NCBI GenBank assembly: GCA_013265495.1
Contig: MU061578.1
Span: forward strand, 1,621,308-1,685,307
Direction: 5' to 3'
DNA length: 64,000 nucleotides
From: Vicugna vicugna
Lineage: Eukaryota
In this document: piece by piece, positions 37,591 through 49,580 of the stretch
Position numbering within the stretch: the stretch's first letter is position 1
How the letters are laid out: the number at the start of each line of letters is the position of its first letter
Translations under genes and position numbers: made by a program
The notes under the pieces: model-generated
Told to the model about the DNA's origin: nothing
What the model saw: the letters and a program-made list of their open reading frames with translations, nothing else
Database searches by the model: none

Positions 37591-39679
37591 CACATCTCTT
37601 ATGGGGAACCATAAAGTTAATGAAAAAGGCATTTGAAACAAGATTTGAAGCTAAGCAAAAAAAAAAAAAAAAAACGAAAACAAAAAACAAAAAAACAACC
37701 TGAATAGTCCCTTATAACTGATGATAAGGAGACAGAGTTGAACGCACATGTAAAAATTTCTATGAAATGTTAGATGACGGTACTTCCTAGAACACCAATT
37801 TACCTAAACCGCACAATGCAACTGAGAAATAACTGAGGTACAAATAATTTCCAGGTGTTTCCCCGATTGGTAGTGGGAAAGGCTTCTTTCATACCATCAG
37901 CAACACTTCTGCTACCGTCTAGACATTCTTGATTTGAATCCATTCAATATTCTCCAGGTAATTGCTTGTCACCACCTATGTAATGGCCCAGAAGTATCTC
38001 TCTTCCCTCAAAATGGAGCCTGAGTACCATAAAATGGATGTCACCTTTAAATACAGCATGCTGTTCTCTGAATGAGCAGCTTGGCAGTCCCTAGGTGCCT
38101 ATGTCTGAAATATTCTACTAACGCTGGGGAGGCAGACAGACAAGACATTCTCAAGTCTCAGGTAGCTCACAGTCCAAGATGGCACAAGATGGAATACTCA
38201 GTAAAGCATCTCATAAACATTTTTATACCTGGCAAGGTAAGAAATCACGGTCATGGTGCTTTTCACGATCCCTCTTGTTTATACCTTTTAAGTTAAAAGG
38301 AAAATGGGCTGTGTTTTTTCTTTTCTTTCTTTCTTTTTTTTTTGTCTCCTAAATGCCCCAAATGACCTTTCCTTCTTGCCCTCCCCTTGTCTTCCTTTAT
38401 TTCCAGGCGAGATGTCTTCTCGGGGAAGATCCTGCTGTGATATTTTAGAAAACTCATCCTACAGAGTGTTTAGAAAGAGACCCTGACTTCTTCTGAGATG
38501 CCTGAATGTAGACTTCAAGGAAAATTTTTCACATAATCCTGTAAATTTTCCCCCCAAGGTGCTTCCAGTGCTTTCAAGCAAAAGTCATCCAGGCCAGAAG
38601 GGCATGTAAGTAGAAAACAAAGGAAAAACAAAGCAGCAAAGGTCTTCCTTGAGTCCCGGGGAGGTATGCAATTTGCAAAGCCCAACACGTGGGGAGGAAA
38701 GGTCTGAGAGAGGAAAGGAAGAGGCTCTTAAGCTGAGCCAGAAGTCATAGTTAAGAAAGGAAATATTTCTTCAGGCAGAACTTGCTCCTGCCCATGCACT
38801 AGGGGGAAAAGAGTTGAAGGGGTTTCTGCTCTTCCATATTTTTAAGTCACAGGCAGTCAAGTATTTTAATGACAGGCAGCTGTTTCAATGCCCAGGGTTC
38901 CTGAATTCATAAGCCGTGGGCTGTAGGGAAGACGCCCCATGCCACGAAGCCAAGAGAATGTCTTTCCCCACCATCCCAACATGCTCGGTCAAAGGCATGG
39001 GGGCCAATGGTGCCACATTTCAAGTATACCTCTGGCTAGCTGCTAAACACTGAACTCATTTCGATTTGAAATGAACAGAACTATTGATCAGAATCGGCTT
39101 GGATGTGATCACTGCCACGGGATGGACCAGCCTGGGGAAGGAGGCACAGGAAGAGGAATGATAAACAGCAGAGTGTCAGGGAGCAGGGAGATGTCACACT
39201 GTGATGACAAACCTCCTTTCAAACTGTGACTCAGCATGGTGTGGTCCCCATTACCGTAGCAAGAGGAAGTCAATGGCAGGTTAACGAAGTTCACAGACAG
39301 TCTTACAAAAGAAGATGATCTTGGTGCCCGAGAAGGCAGAACCAGTGTCTAAGACTGTGGTCCCACAAAGGGATGCTGATCATGCTATCACACACCGAGA
39401 CTTCTTTCAGCTCTGTAGTCACTAGGCTCAAAGGAAAGGAAGCAGCTGGGCAAACCTTCATGGCACCCCTGTGCTGATCCCCGAATTTACTCCATTCCAC
39501 CATCCAGCTCAATGTGCGGTGTTATTTGAGAAAGAAGAAAGAACTAGATAAGCATCTGCCTTCTGGTGAAAGTGCGCAGGTCTCAAGATTTACTCTAAAA
39601 ATCAGATGTTAATCAATGGTGTGAAAGCTGGTTGCACAGCCTCATGCAAATTTTTCTTGGGTTCATCCATTTGGATGTT

Positions 39680-40245
39680 TAATCTGAAACATTAAAATTT
39701 TAAGCCCTTTCTGCTCACCACTCACTAAGTCTAGAGGCAAGTCCTCATCTTCATGCCCAGCAGAGCTCCTAGATCCATGAACTTCTGTCTCTCCCCACTG
39801 CTACCATTTTAGGGTGGCTGCCATCATCTCCCCCCTGACCTACAGCGTTAGCGTCCTAACTGGTCATCTTGTTTCCCCCCAAGCCCATTACAGTAGATTC
39901 CCCATGTCGTCAAAGAGGTCTTTTAAATATAAATCCTATCATGTCCTCCCCTGTTTAAAACTCTAGAGTGCCTCTACTGCACTTAGAAAAAACCTACATC
40001 CTAACTCCTTACTGTCATCTTCCGCTTGCTAAGCCCTGCCCTGGGGACCACTACATCGCCCTGCATTAGTGTCATCTGAGCACATCTCAGCTGCCACGGA
40101 CTCATGATGGTCTGATTCCCGCATTGGGAAGGAAGTGTCATGTGAGCAGGGAACTTTCCAGTTTCGGTCACGGCTGTTATCCCTGTTTAGAACAGCATTT
40201 GGTACTTGGGAGGTTGTCAATAAACACTTGTTAGAAGGATGAGTA
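39680..40245 (+). mobile_element. L2 fragments including the 3' end
   Basis: tctccccactgctacca...ccatcatctc...tcctaactggtc...ttttaaatataaatcctatcatgtc...ctgtttaaaactct...tagaacagcatttggtacttgggaggttgtcaataaacacttgttagaaggatga. Confidence 0.75.
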
Positions 40246-41544
40246 AGTGGCAGGGTCTTCTGTCTATACAGTGAGGCAGCTGAATGTCTTGATCTCAAAG
40301 CTCCCTTCCCAGGTCTTCTATAATCAGTTCCCCTTCTGAGTCCAACACGGCAGGGCTTGGAGCCATCGTATCACTGACCAGGTTGTAAGCATTCTAATCT
40401 GTGGTCTACCATTAACTCACTGTGTGACCTTTGGACATTTTTCTTTCCCGAAATGTGGTTTCCCTTTATTTAGAAATATCTTAGCACCCTTCCAGCTCTG
40501 AAAACGTCCTTATCCTAGGAGTCCTCTTTATAAAAGTGCTTTATTCATTTCTGGTGAATGTGATCCCTGCTTGCTCTTGGTTCTAATTTGTAATGTGGAA
40601 GTATCTGGGGGGATCTGGGCAGGGATTTCCTCTGATACTAGATAATCACAGACCTAAACGCCAAGAAGCCAGAGCACAGACATGGTAATGAATTTATAAT
40701 GTAGAAATACTATGAATATAACTTAAAATAAAATAATTGACTAGAATTTTCTCCCCCTAATAAAAAAGCTACAACTGAGTAAGATAAGCAATAGATTTTT
40801 AAAAGATGGTGTTGTAAATTATTTATTAGATAAACTGATAAATGAATTTTAAAATCTGAACATCTTTTAAGCATTGTATCAGAATCTGTCATCACAGATA
40901 TGAGTATTCATGAAATCTCTGGACCGAGGTTGGGTTAAGGTTCTAAGCGCCATCTTTTTTTTTGTGCCTATCCATGAATAAACAATACTGAAGGAGAGTT
41001 TCACAAGACTTATGGCCAAAAACTCATTTGAAGAACATTCAAGTCGTGAAGTATCCATTCATGTGAAAATATACCTCTATAGTTGCAAACTGCCTTCTCC
41101 AAACCATACACAAAATCAGATCATTATTCTACAGGCACTGAACCCTTCAACTGACATGGTAAGGGCAACTTGCTTCTCCATTTCATCAAAAGTGGGACAC
41201 TTAAGGCCCTGCACAGGACAGGGACTGCTGGAATATGTGACGTTGCTGTATACCATCAAAAAGCAATAAACCTCCCTTTCTTTTAAATAATTAAACATTT
41301 TCACTCTTAGGTTGGCTGTCTGTGGAGAAAACGTTCAGAAATTATATTCAAAGCTTCTCTGCCTTATTCAAGAAGATTCAAAATGTTCACAAAGAAGGAA
41401 AAAGGCAATTAGCTTGTAGGAGGAAAATGTGCGAATTACAGAAGTTAAATAAAAATGATAATTAAAAAAAGAGGCTGTGTTGTGCAAGGAGATCAAAACC
41501 AGGCAACAGAGCGGAGGAACAGGGCAGTGATAGCAACGCTAAGA

Positions 41545-41725
41545 ACATAGTAACAGCTGACACCGAGTGCTAGCGCTGGCCACTGTGCTGAACACTGAAG
41601 CACCTGAATTTACTGTCAGTGCTCCTCTGCAGATTCATTTGGGAAAACCAAGGCACAGAGGAACTGAGCTGACTTGCCCAAGGTGGCACACCTAGCCAGT
41701 GGCAGAACTGGCGTGTAAACCTACA
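41545..41725 (-). mobile_element. MIR SINE interrupted by an L1 tail
   Basis: gggaaaaccaaggcacagaggaactgagctgacttgcccaaggtggcacacctagccagtggcagaactgg. Confidence 0.75.
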
Positions 41726-41734
41726 GTATTAGTA

Positions 41735-41945
41735 TCTACATTTGCAGACACACACTGCTATGTATAAAATAGATAAACAACCCGGTCCTACTGTAGAGCA
41801 CACGGAACTACATTCAATACCTTGTAATAGTCTATAATGGAAAGGGATATGAGAACATATATAAAGCTGAATCACTATGCTCTACACCAGAAATTAACAC
41901 ACCATTATAAACCAGCTATACTTCAATAATAAAAAAAACAAACAA
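41735..41945 (+). mobile_element. Cetartiodactyl-type L1 3' end
   Basis: tttgcagacacacactgctatgtataaaatagataaacaac...gtcctactgtagagcac...ctacaccagaaattaacacacc...tatacttcaataataaaaaaaa. Confidence 0.9.
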
Positions 41946-42425
41946 ACCCGACCTCTGCGTCCATCATTCTGCCCAGTTATGCAAAGGGAGGTTTCCTGTC
42001 GGGGGCTGGGGGGAAGAGCAGTCAGGCCCAGACACATTCTACATCTGTTCTTCCTGCTAGGGTCAGAGGGGTCAGTCTTGTAGAGGGACCAGTGGGGGAA
42101 GACTCTTATTTGAATTAGAAAGGACACTCTCCAAGTGGGAGTAAACACAGCACCTGGGATAATGGAGTACCTGGGGGGCAGCTCTTCAATCGCCCCACCT
42201 GGTCCTGGCTAAGAAGAGACAATGACTCACTGTGATGAGGAAACAATCCCTTGATTTTAAGACAGTAAGTTGGGCACCATTGTATACTGGCGACTCTACC
42301 GACATGTGCCCAAGAGCTGGACCTTAGCAGCTGAGACAGAGGCTCCGGGGGAAGGAGTGAGGAAGCTCAAGATGCAGTTGGGAAAAGGCACAATAATTCA
42401 ATCATCAAAAGTGAGCTGAAAAGTC

Positions 42426-42720
42426 TGTGTTTAGCTTTTTGAGAACCCTCCCCCCAGACTGTGTCCCACACCCTGGACAATACCCATCACTCTCCTTCCT
42501 TTTTTTTACAGTAGCCGTCCCAGTGGGTGGGAAAGTGCTATCTTCTTGTGGCTTTGACTTTCATTTCTCTCATGACCAGACCAACGATGTTGAGCATCTT
42601 TTCATATGTTTACTAGGGATGATGGTTGCACGTTGTACCTCGACTAAGTAACACTGAATTGCATACTTGAAACACGGCTAATTTTATGCTATGTGAATGT
42701 TGCCCGAATTAAAAAAAGTT
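42426..42720. mobile_element. L1MB-type element: antisense ORF2-end segment (42426-~42614) joined to sense 3' terminus (~42615-42720)
   Basis: tttagctttttgagaacc...gatgttgagcatcttttcatatgtttact then gatggttgcac...cactgaattgcatactt...aattttatgctatgtgaat...aattaaaaaaa. Confidence 0.75.
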
Positions 42721-42867
42721 AAACAGCATAAACCTAAACAAAGATAGGATTACTCTGCAAGTCACCTCAAAGTTCCTAGGATATACATTTCTTTATCTTG
42801 CTCCATAGGTCATTTTCTCCAACCAACCAAGTATTAGGTATTACAGAGAATGATTTAATTATGTGTG

Positions 42868-42914
<47 letters not shown>

Positions 42915-42951
42915 TTATATATATATATAGTTTTATATATATATACATATA
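42868..42951. repeat. Interrupted (TA)n microsatellite, ~84 bp
   Basis: Directly visible; contains two tagtttt interruptions. Confidence 0.97.
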
Positions 42952-43020
42952 TAATCCTGAATTTTGGCTACCAAGAAGTGCTATTTGCTGGCCTTCAATT
43001 GGACCACATTAACTTCTCTC

Positions 43021-43330
43021 TTTTTTTTTTTTAATTGAAGTGTAGTCAATTTGTAATGTGTTAGTCTTCGGTGTACAGCATAGTGACTCAGTTATACATA
43101 TATATATATATATTCTTTTTCATTATAGGTTACTATAAGATATTAAATATAGTCCCCTGTGCTCTACAGTATAAACTTGTTGTTTATCTATTTTTATATA
43201 TAGTAGTTGGTATGTGCAAATCTCAAACTCCCAATTTATCCCTTCCCACCCACTTTTTTTTAGATTCCACATGTAAGTGATAACATGATATTTGTCTTTC
43301 TCTTTCTGGCTTACTTCACTTAGTATGATA
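43021..43330 (-). mobile_element. Cetartiodactyl-type L1 3' end with internal deletion
   Basis: T12 aattgaagtgtagtcaatttg...gtacagcatagtgactcagttataca...tagattccacatgtaagtga...ggcttacttcacttagtatgata. Confidence 0.92.
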
Positions 43331-43469
43331 ACCTTCTCTTAGCTGCAAAACCCTAAGGCATGGCTTCAGGCACTCAATTAATATTTGTTCAGGGGGTTAT
43401 GATGATGAAGATGGCAAAACTCTAGACACTACACTCTAGACAAATAAACTGCATCTTAAGGCAACAGCG

Positions 43470-43680
43470 GGCATTCAGGCATAGTCTGTGAAAACAGACT
43501 GCTTGAGTTCAAATTGCCCCTCCACCACGCACTCTGCTGTCACCAGCGATGCAACTCGGTAATGCCACAAAATCTAAGCTGCGTCAGCCCTCCAATGGGG
43601 ATAGGAGTAGTGGCCACTTATATTGTGGTTTTAAATAAAACAGTCACGACTCGATTCATGCTGGCTATGATACACACACG
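43470..43680 (+). mobile_element. MIR SINE
   Basis: cagactgcttgagttcaaattgcccctccacc...aatggggataggagtagt...ttgtggttttaaata. Confidence 0.6.
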
Positions 43681-43789
43681 TCTGCTTTCTCCCTCCTCTG
43701 TCTGCAACTCTGTGGCAGAGGTGTCCATGTATGAGAATGGCTAATCTTGGTTAAGATCCTATAAAATCCACCGTAGCCACTGTGACAAA

Positions 43790-43903
43790 CTAGCCTCATC
43801 AGTCACTCAGAAATGCAGAATCTCAGGCTCAGGATACTCAACAAAATATGCACTGAAGAAGCTTCCCAGGGGGCTCCCAAGTCCTAAAGCTTGAGAGCAC
43901 TAG
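43790..43903. mobile_element. MER5-like (hAT) fragment
   Basis: agaaatgcagaatctcaggc...aagcttcccaggggg...taaagcttgagagcactag. Confidence 0.6.
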
Positions 43904-44196
43904 TACAGCACAGGTGAAGAGATGGCTGCTTTCTACTCCATCGTCCAGAGCAGGGCTGGGAGCAGCTGTGGCCGTGCTGCTGGTAGTAAACATGAGTGTG
44001 CTTTGGCTTCTTCCCCAGGAAAAGGCAGCACACAGAGAGGGCATCCCTCAGATGAGCAGAGCATTAGAAGAAACAACAATCACCCCCTACAGATAGTTGA
44101 GATACGCTGTGCCCCTCTGCTCCACGTGATTCTCATATTCTGGAAATGTCATTCAGCTCCCATGAGTCAAATAAGCCACACGAATGCATTACTGGA

Positions 44197-44763
44197 GCAG
44201 GACTAGTTACCATAGCCAAGACATGGAAGCAGCCTTAATGTCCATCAACAGACGACTAGATAAAGAAGTTGTGGTATATCTCTACAATGGAATACTACTC
44301 AGTCATAAAAAAGAATGAAATAATGCCATTTGCAGCACCATGGATGGACTTAGGGATCATCATACTAAGTGAAGTGAGCCAGAAAGAGAAATAAAAATAC
44401 CATATGATATCACTTATACATGCGGAATCTTAAAAATGACACAAATGAACTTATTTACAAAACAGAACAGACTCACAGACATAGAAAACAAACTTACGGT
44501 TACCAAGAGGAAAAGAGGGTGGGAAGGAATAAATTGGGAGTTCAAGACTTGCAGATACTAACTACTGTATATAAAATAGATAAACAACAAGGTCCTACTG
44601 TATAGTACAGGGAACTATATCCAATATCTTTTAATAACTTATAATGAGAAGGAATATGAAAAGGAATATATGTCTGTACACATGTGACTGAAACATGATG
44701 CTGTACACCAGAAACTGACACAACTTTGTAAACTGACTGCTTCAATTAAAAAAAAAAAAAAAA
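44197..44763 (+). mobile_element. 5'-truncated L1 (~570 bp) with poly-A and TSD
   Basis: catagccaagacatggaagc...caatggaatactactcagtcataaaaaagaatgaaataatgccatttgcagc...ctgtacaccagaaactgacac...ttcaatt(A)16; flanked by gaatgcattac(t)gga. Confidence 0.95.
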
Positions 44764-47019
44764 CAGAATGCATTACGGAACCTGCCCTTGGTGGACAACG
44801 AGGCTAATCTCCTGCGTTATCAATCTCCCTTTAATCTTCTCTATTTAAGAACTCTCTCTTTCTATTTAAGAACCATCTCAACATGTTGGGCCCATTTTAC
44901 TACAAAAATCTGGAGATGTCATACTGACCCAAGGGACCTCACAAGCCACACTAGCCGAAGAAACACTGCCATTTGCTGCTAACTATAATTAGACTTCTCA
45001 CACTGCAAGAACAGAAGGAAAATCTAAGAAAACAAAAACAAAAACCAGAAACCTCCTGGGCCCCCCATCGTCCTTTTGTGACAGAGCTCATTTAAAATGC
45101 AGTACATCATCAAAGCCACATTACTCTGATGATACAGAATTTATGAGGGATGTCCCACTTCATATTATGCATTAACTTGAAGTCAACAGGGGAGGACAAT
45201 AGGGGACAAATTTAGAATGTGCAGAACATTTGGAGTCAATTGAATGTATTCAGTCGCATGCTGGTAACAACATCAATTGCAAAGTGACATCTATTTTTTT
45301 TTCCCCTTCCTACAAGATTAGCTGGAGACAGTGGAAGTTTTGAAAGACTTTGGAACATACTGGATATTTCTCTGAAGTCTGAGGAAGGAAGTACTTCTCT
45401 AATCTAAGATTTTTCATTGTTGCTGTTGCCTTTTTGCAAAAGGTAGACCATGGCCTGCAAGCCGTCTAGGTCTCAACAATTAGTAAGCATTCGGTGATGA
45501 CCATCCTTGTAACATTTCTGCTATTTGCTGGACGTCCATCCCTATAGGGTAAAAGCAGGGATCATGCCTCTGAGTTCAGCAGATAACTCAGAGAGAAATA
45601 GATAGAGAGTCTCTGTGTAGCCCAAAGAGAAGGCATCTTAGGAGGTGAATGTTTAAGAGAGGTTTCAACTCTAGAGAGAGATTATGGGGAAAAGGAAGAA
45701 ATAGAAAAATTAATAATGGATTCTAACAATCCATATTGCCACCGTCCAGGGAAAAATAATAGTGAAGGAGATGGAGAGCTGATGTAGCATACTCAAAATA
45801 GGCAGTAAATAATTAAACACACTTATGCTGGATGCTGCAACCCCAGAGAAAGCTGGAGGAGTCTGTCTGGAAGGGCTTTGCTTTCAGAGCCCAGATCAAA
45901 GGGGGCAGTGCCTTGAAGCCTGAGAGATGCATACAAGTCAGGATTCTGGTCTTTAAAGGAAGCTCAACGCAACGGATTGACTGATTGATTGGGTCATTCA
46001 TTCACTCATTTAAGCAAAATTTGTGAAGCATCTATGCCAAGCCCTTCGCCTAGATGGAAGATACACTGGTGAATAAATTAGACTTGGCAACAATTCTTAA
46101 GGATCTTATTAGCAATGGGAGTAAAAGAACATCCAGCCAATGGTTTTAAAAGGACATTGTTCTGGACAACCATGAACCCTGAACTGGTGTAGTTCATCTG
46201 CCAAGACTCTCAGGATCCATTCAGCTCCAGGTTTTGGCTCTGCTATTCCTGTCTTGGGGTTCACAGCTCTCACGTCTGCATTGTGGTACTTGGCCAACCT
46301 AGGATGCTCCTGAGGGTGTCCAGGGTGCTCTGCAGGGCAGAACACATGATTCACCAGAAGGAAGATTAGTCTTCTTTGTTAGGGCTCTATCCCCAAGAAG
46401 CCAGGACCATTTCCTATCATCACAAGGATTCCTCAGGGCCATCAAGAAACTTTCCTTTATTCAGAGCAGGAGTAAGAAAGAAGTAACTGGTGATGCTGGT
46501 GACACCAGCGATCAGGGAGCCAGACTGTGGTCTCTTATCAGCGTGGGCAGTCCGAGATCTTTGCTGTTCCACATTCTACAACAGACACATCCTAGGAGTA
46601 AAGACAGGTAGCACAGGAGTAGGGAGGGGAGATGCACTAAAAAGAAAAAAGAAATCTAAGTTCAGCCAGATGGGTGCTGAGTTCAAAGCAGGAAGGGCTG
46701 TCTAGAAGAGGAACTTGTAGCAGAAAAGTGCACTGTCCAGTGTGTGCAGTAAATACTTCCTCAATGCAGAGGAAGACTGTAGGGTTCTCCGTACAACCAA
46801 GAAGAGGGAAGATGGGCAATGCTGTGTGAGAGCTACCCTGAAACAGAAACTGAGGCAGCTCTGAACCCTCCAAGGAAAAGATTGACCATCATTTCTTGAC
46901 TGTCCATCGATTGTTCCTCTTTGCAGTCTTGGTGGGACCATAGATGGATGCCCGGCCTTCCTACTTTGAAAGATGAAGAGTTTTCTGAAGGCACCTTCCA
47001 TCAGATCCTAGCTCTCCCT

Positions 47020-47325
47020 GCTGAGGTGGATTCCATAAGAAGGTCTGTGGCCTGAGCTTGGCCATCAGCATGTGTGTGCTCTTCTGGGCTCTAAGACTGG
47101 AGCAGAACGACAGATGGACAGAAGGCACAATTGGCATTCATTTCTCCCCATAGAGGAGAACTCACTATCGCTTTGTGAGTGTCATGCTGCTAACACTGTA
47201 TATTTTGCCTCCTCTCAATTTTCTAAGCTCCCTAGTCACTGCTAACAAGTATCCTTCCTGCTTGATATAGGGTGGGAAATTGATTTCTGTTGCTTGCAAC
47301 CAGTGATCTCTAATTGGTCTACAAA
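47020..47325 (+). mobile_element. ERVL/MaLR-class LTR remnant (LTR16/LTR33/MLT1-like)
   Basis: Ends ttcctgcttga...gatttctgttgcttgcaaccagtgatctctaattggtctaca, typical of this LTR class. Confidence 0.5.
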
Positions 47326-48898
47326 TTTGAGACCGTCCCTGTAATTAACGGCAATGTTTAATTTCGCTCCTTTGTAAACTGGGTTAATATTCATACATGA
47401 AGGATAATTACTTTGTTCTCATGTAATCCCTTTTGATGTTATGAATCTCCATTAAGAGGCCACGGTTGGGGCCACAAGAAACCATCCCCTCCTCCCAGAA
47501 AGGCAAGACAAGGGCTGTGACACCACATGTGCTCCGAGAAGGAGCCATTCATTACACAGAGATACAGACAATTAGGAACACCTTCATTGGAACACTACTC
47601 AGCCTTTTTTTTTTTTTTTGGATACACCAAACACAGATATTTTTCAAAGGCCCGTGGTATGAAAATTAAAAACTATGAAAAGAACAAAATTTTCACTATG
47701 TTCCCATATCCATAAGAGTCTGTCCCAAATGTAATTGTCTTAAGGTAGGTATAGGTCTCAGAAGAAATCTCACAGTGAGTATGAGGATTTAAGAAAACTG
47801 ATCACATGTCAGAGATCCCTGGAACCTGCTCCCCAGTTCACTCAAGAAACCAAGAGCAGAGAGAATCCCCTGAAAATACCAAAAGCGCCTGCAGGAAAGG
47901 GAACTGAATTCTGTCCTCCGCTGGGTATCTGCTGATGCAGCAAACGTGATGGGTACCTGAGGGACACCCCTTAGCCCAGGGGCAAAACAGAATTAGGGAG
48001 AGATCTGGGGCAGGGTAGGAGCAGGGAAATGGCGGAAGAACTTTCAGTCCTACCATTTGGCACAATGCACATGAGTGAGTTTACTGCCACTCAGGGAGTT
48101 CCAGCAGAAAGAGCGGAGCTTGGCCAGCTTGCTGGCATGCTTCTGGAGGGTCACCTGCAGGGTGGGGGTGGCCATGGCCTGTGGGATGTATTGTTGGGAC
48201 AGACACCAGGGAGGGAGTCAAATGGGGTTTTGCTGGAGAAATTAAGGAAGTAGGAGGCCCCTGCATATCTGATTGATGCTCATGCATCACAAATATAATA
48301 CTTGTGCATCACGAGAAAGTCGGGACTAGAAGAGATGCCACAGAGAAACCAGACAAGATGCAATGACCAGAAGCAAAAGGAATACCACTGCACTTTTGAG
48401 TCTGACTGCCCTGACCCTGTGCTTCTTCCTTCCTGCCCCAAAGGCGTGCAAAGTCCTCCTTTTCCATTCCAAGACAAAAGAAGGGGAAATGAAAAACATG
48501 TCCTTTCTCCTCTTCAGGCCCTGGAGCTGCAAGTCTGACTAGTAAGAAAAGGGAAGGAACTTTCAAAGAATTATGTTGCTTTAAAAAGAGACAATAACAG
48601 GCTGGAACACCAACCGAGACTAGGCTAATAATCAAAATAACCTGAAAGTTGAGAGATCTGCCTGCGATGTTATTAAGAGATGGGGGAAGGTATGCCACCC
48701 CGCACAGCTGGGGGCGGTGAGTGGCAAAAAAGAAAACCATCTCATGTTTATATTCCCACTGAGCTGAGACAGTTCCATGAGCCGGCGACAGTGTTTAATA
48801 AAAATGTTAAATAAAAGATGTGCAATTTAGACTCTCAAGTGTTAATACAACTGGGTCTTTTTTAGAACTTTAAACACACACCTCCATACATGCTGCCG

Positions 48899-48988
48899 AG
48901 TCCATGTAGTCATTCAGGGGTAATTCATCAAGAGTTATTATTTAGTCCATGTAGTCATTCAGGGGTAATTCATCAAGAGTTATTATTT
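48899..48988. repeat. Perfect 45-bp tandem duplication
   Basis: agtccatgtagtcattcaggggtaattcatcaagagttattattt at 48899-48943 and 48944-48988. Confidence 0.98.
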
Positions 48989-49060
48989 TAATACACACGT
49001 ATCTCCCTCCATGTGCTGGCTGTACTTGGAATCAAGTTTTGTTTGGGGATAAAGGACTTT

Positions 49061-49166
49061 TTTTTTAATTGATGTATAGTCAGTTACAATGTGTCAATTT
49101 CTGGTGTACCACACAATGTCCCAGGCATGCATATACATACATATATTTGTTTTCCTATTCTAAGGG
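49061..49166 (-). mobile_element. ~105-bp L1 3' tail with TSD
   Basis: ttttttaattgatgtatagtcagttacaatgtgtcaatttctggtgtac...catatacatacatatattt; taaaggacttt at 49050-49060 and 49167-49177. Confidence 0.92.
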
Positions 49167-49381
49167 TAAAGGACTTTCAATGCAGGGGAAGAGCTTGCAA
49201 TCCTGGGGATCTGTGTTTGCTTAGAAAACAGTGTGCCAGGCAAATAAATCCTCTTCTTCTAAGTTCTTGCCTAGATGGATTTATTGTTCTTCAGGTGGAG
49301 GAAAAAAAAAACTAATTGGTAATATCAAAATTTTGGTCAGTTTTACATGTTCCTTCAAAAACATTTGTGGAGTCCCTACAC

Positions 49382-49580
49382 CAGTGTATTTTAACCAGGA
49401 GTGATTTCTCCCACCAGGAGACACTGGCAAGGTCTGGAGACATTTTTAGTTGGCACAATCTGGGTGGTGGGGGCTACTGGTATCTAGTGAGTCGAGGGCG
49501 CGGGTGCTGCTACACATCCTGAAACACAAAGGTCGGCTTCCCTGGACAAAGAACTTCCCACACTGCGGCTGAGAAATTCT
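49382..49580 (+). mobile_element. MER20 (hAT-Charlie) DNA transposon
   Basis: cagtg...aaccaggagtgattt...gacactggcaaggtctggagacatttttagttggcacaa...gctactggtatctagtgagtcgagg...gctgctacacatcctg. Confidence 0.9.

Noticed and set aside
48899..48988. CRISPR-like or other prokaryotic array interpretation of direct repeats
   Set aside because: Only two abutting copies with no spacers, and the sequence is clearly mammalian
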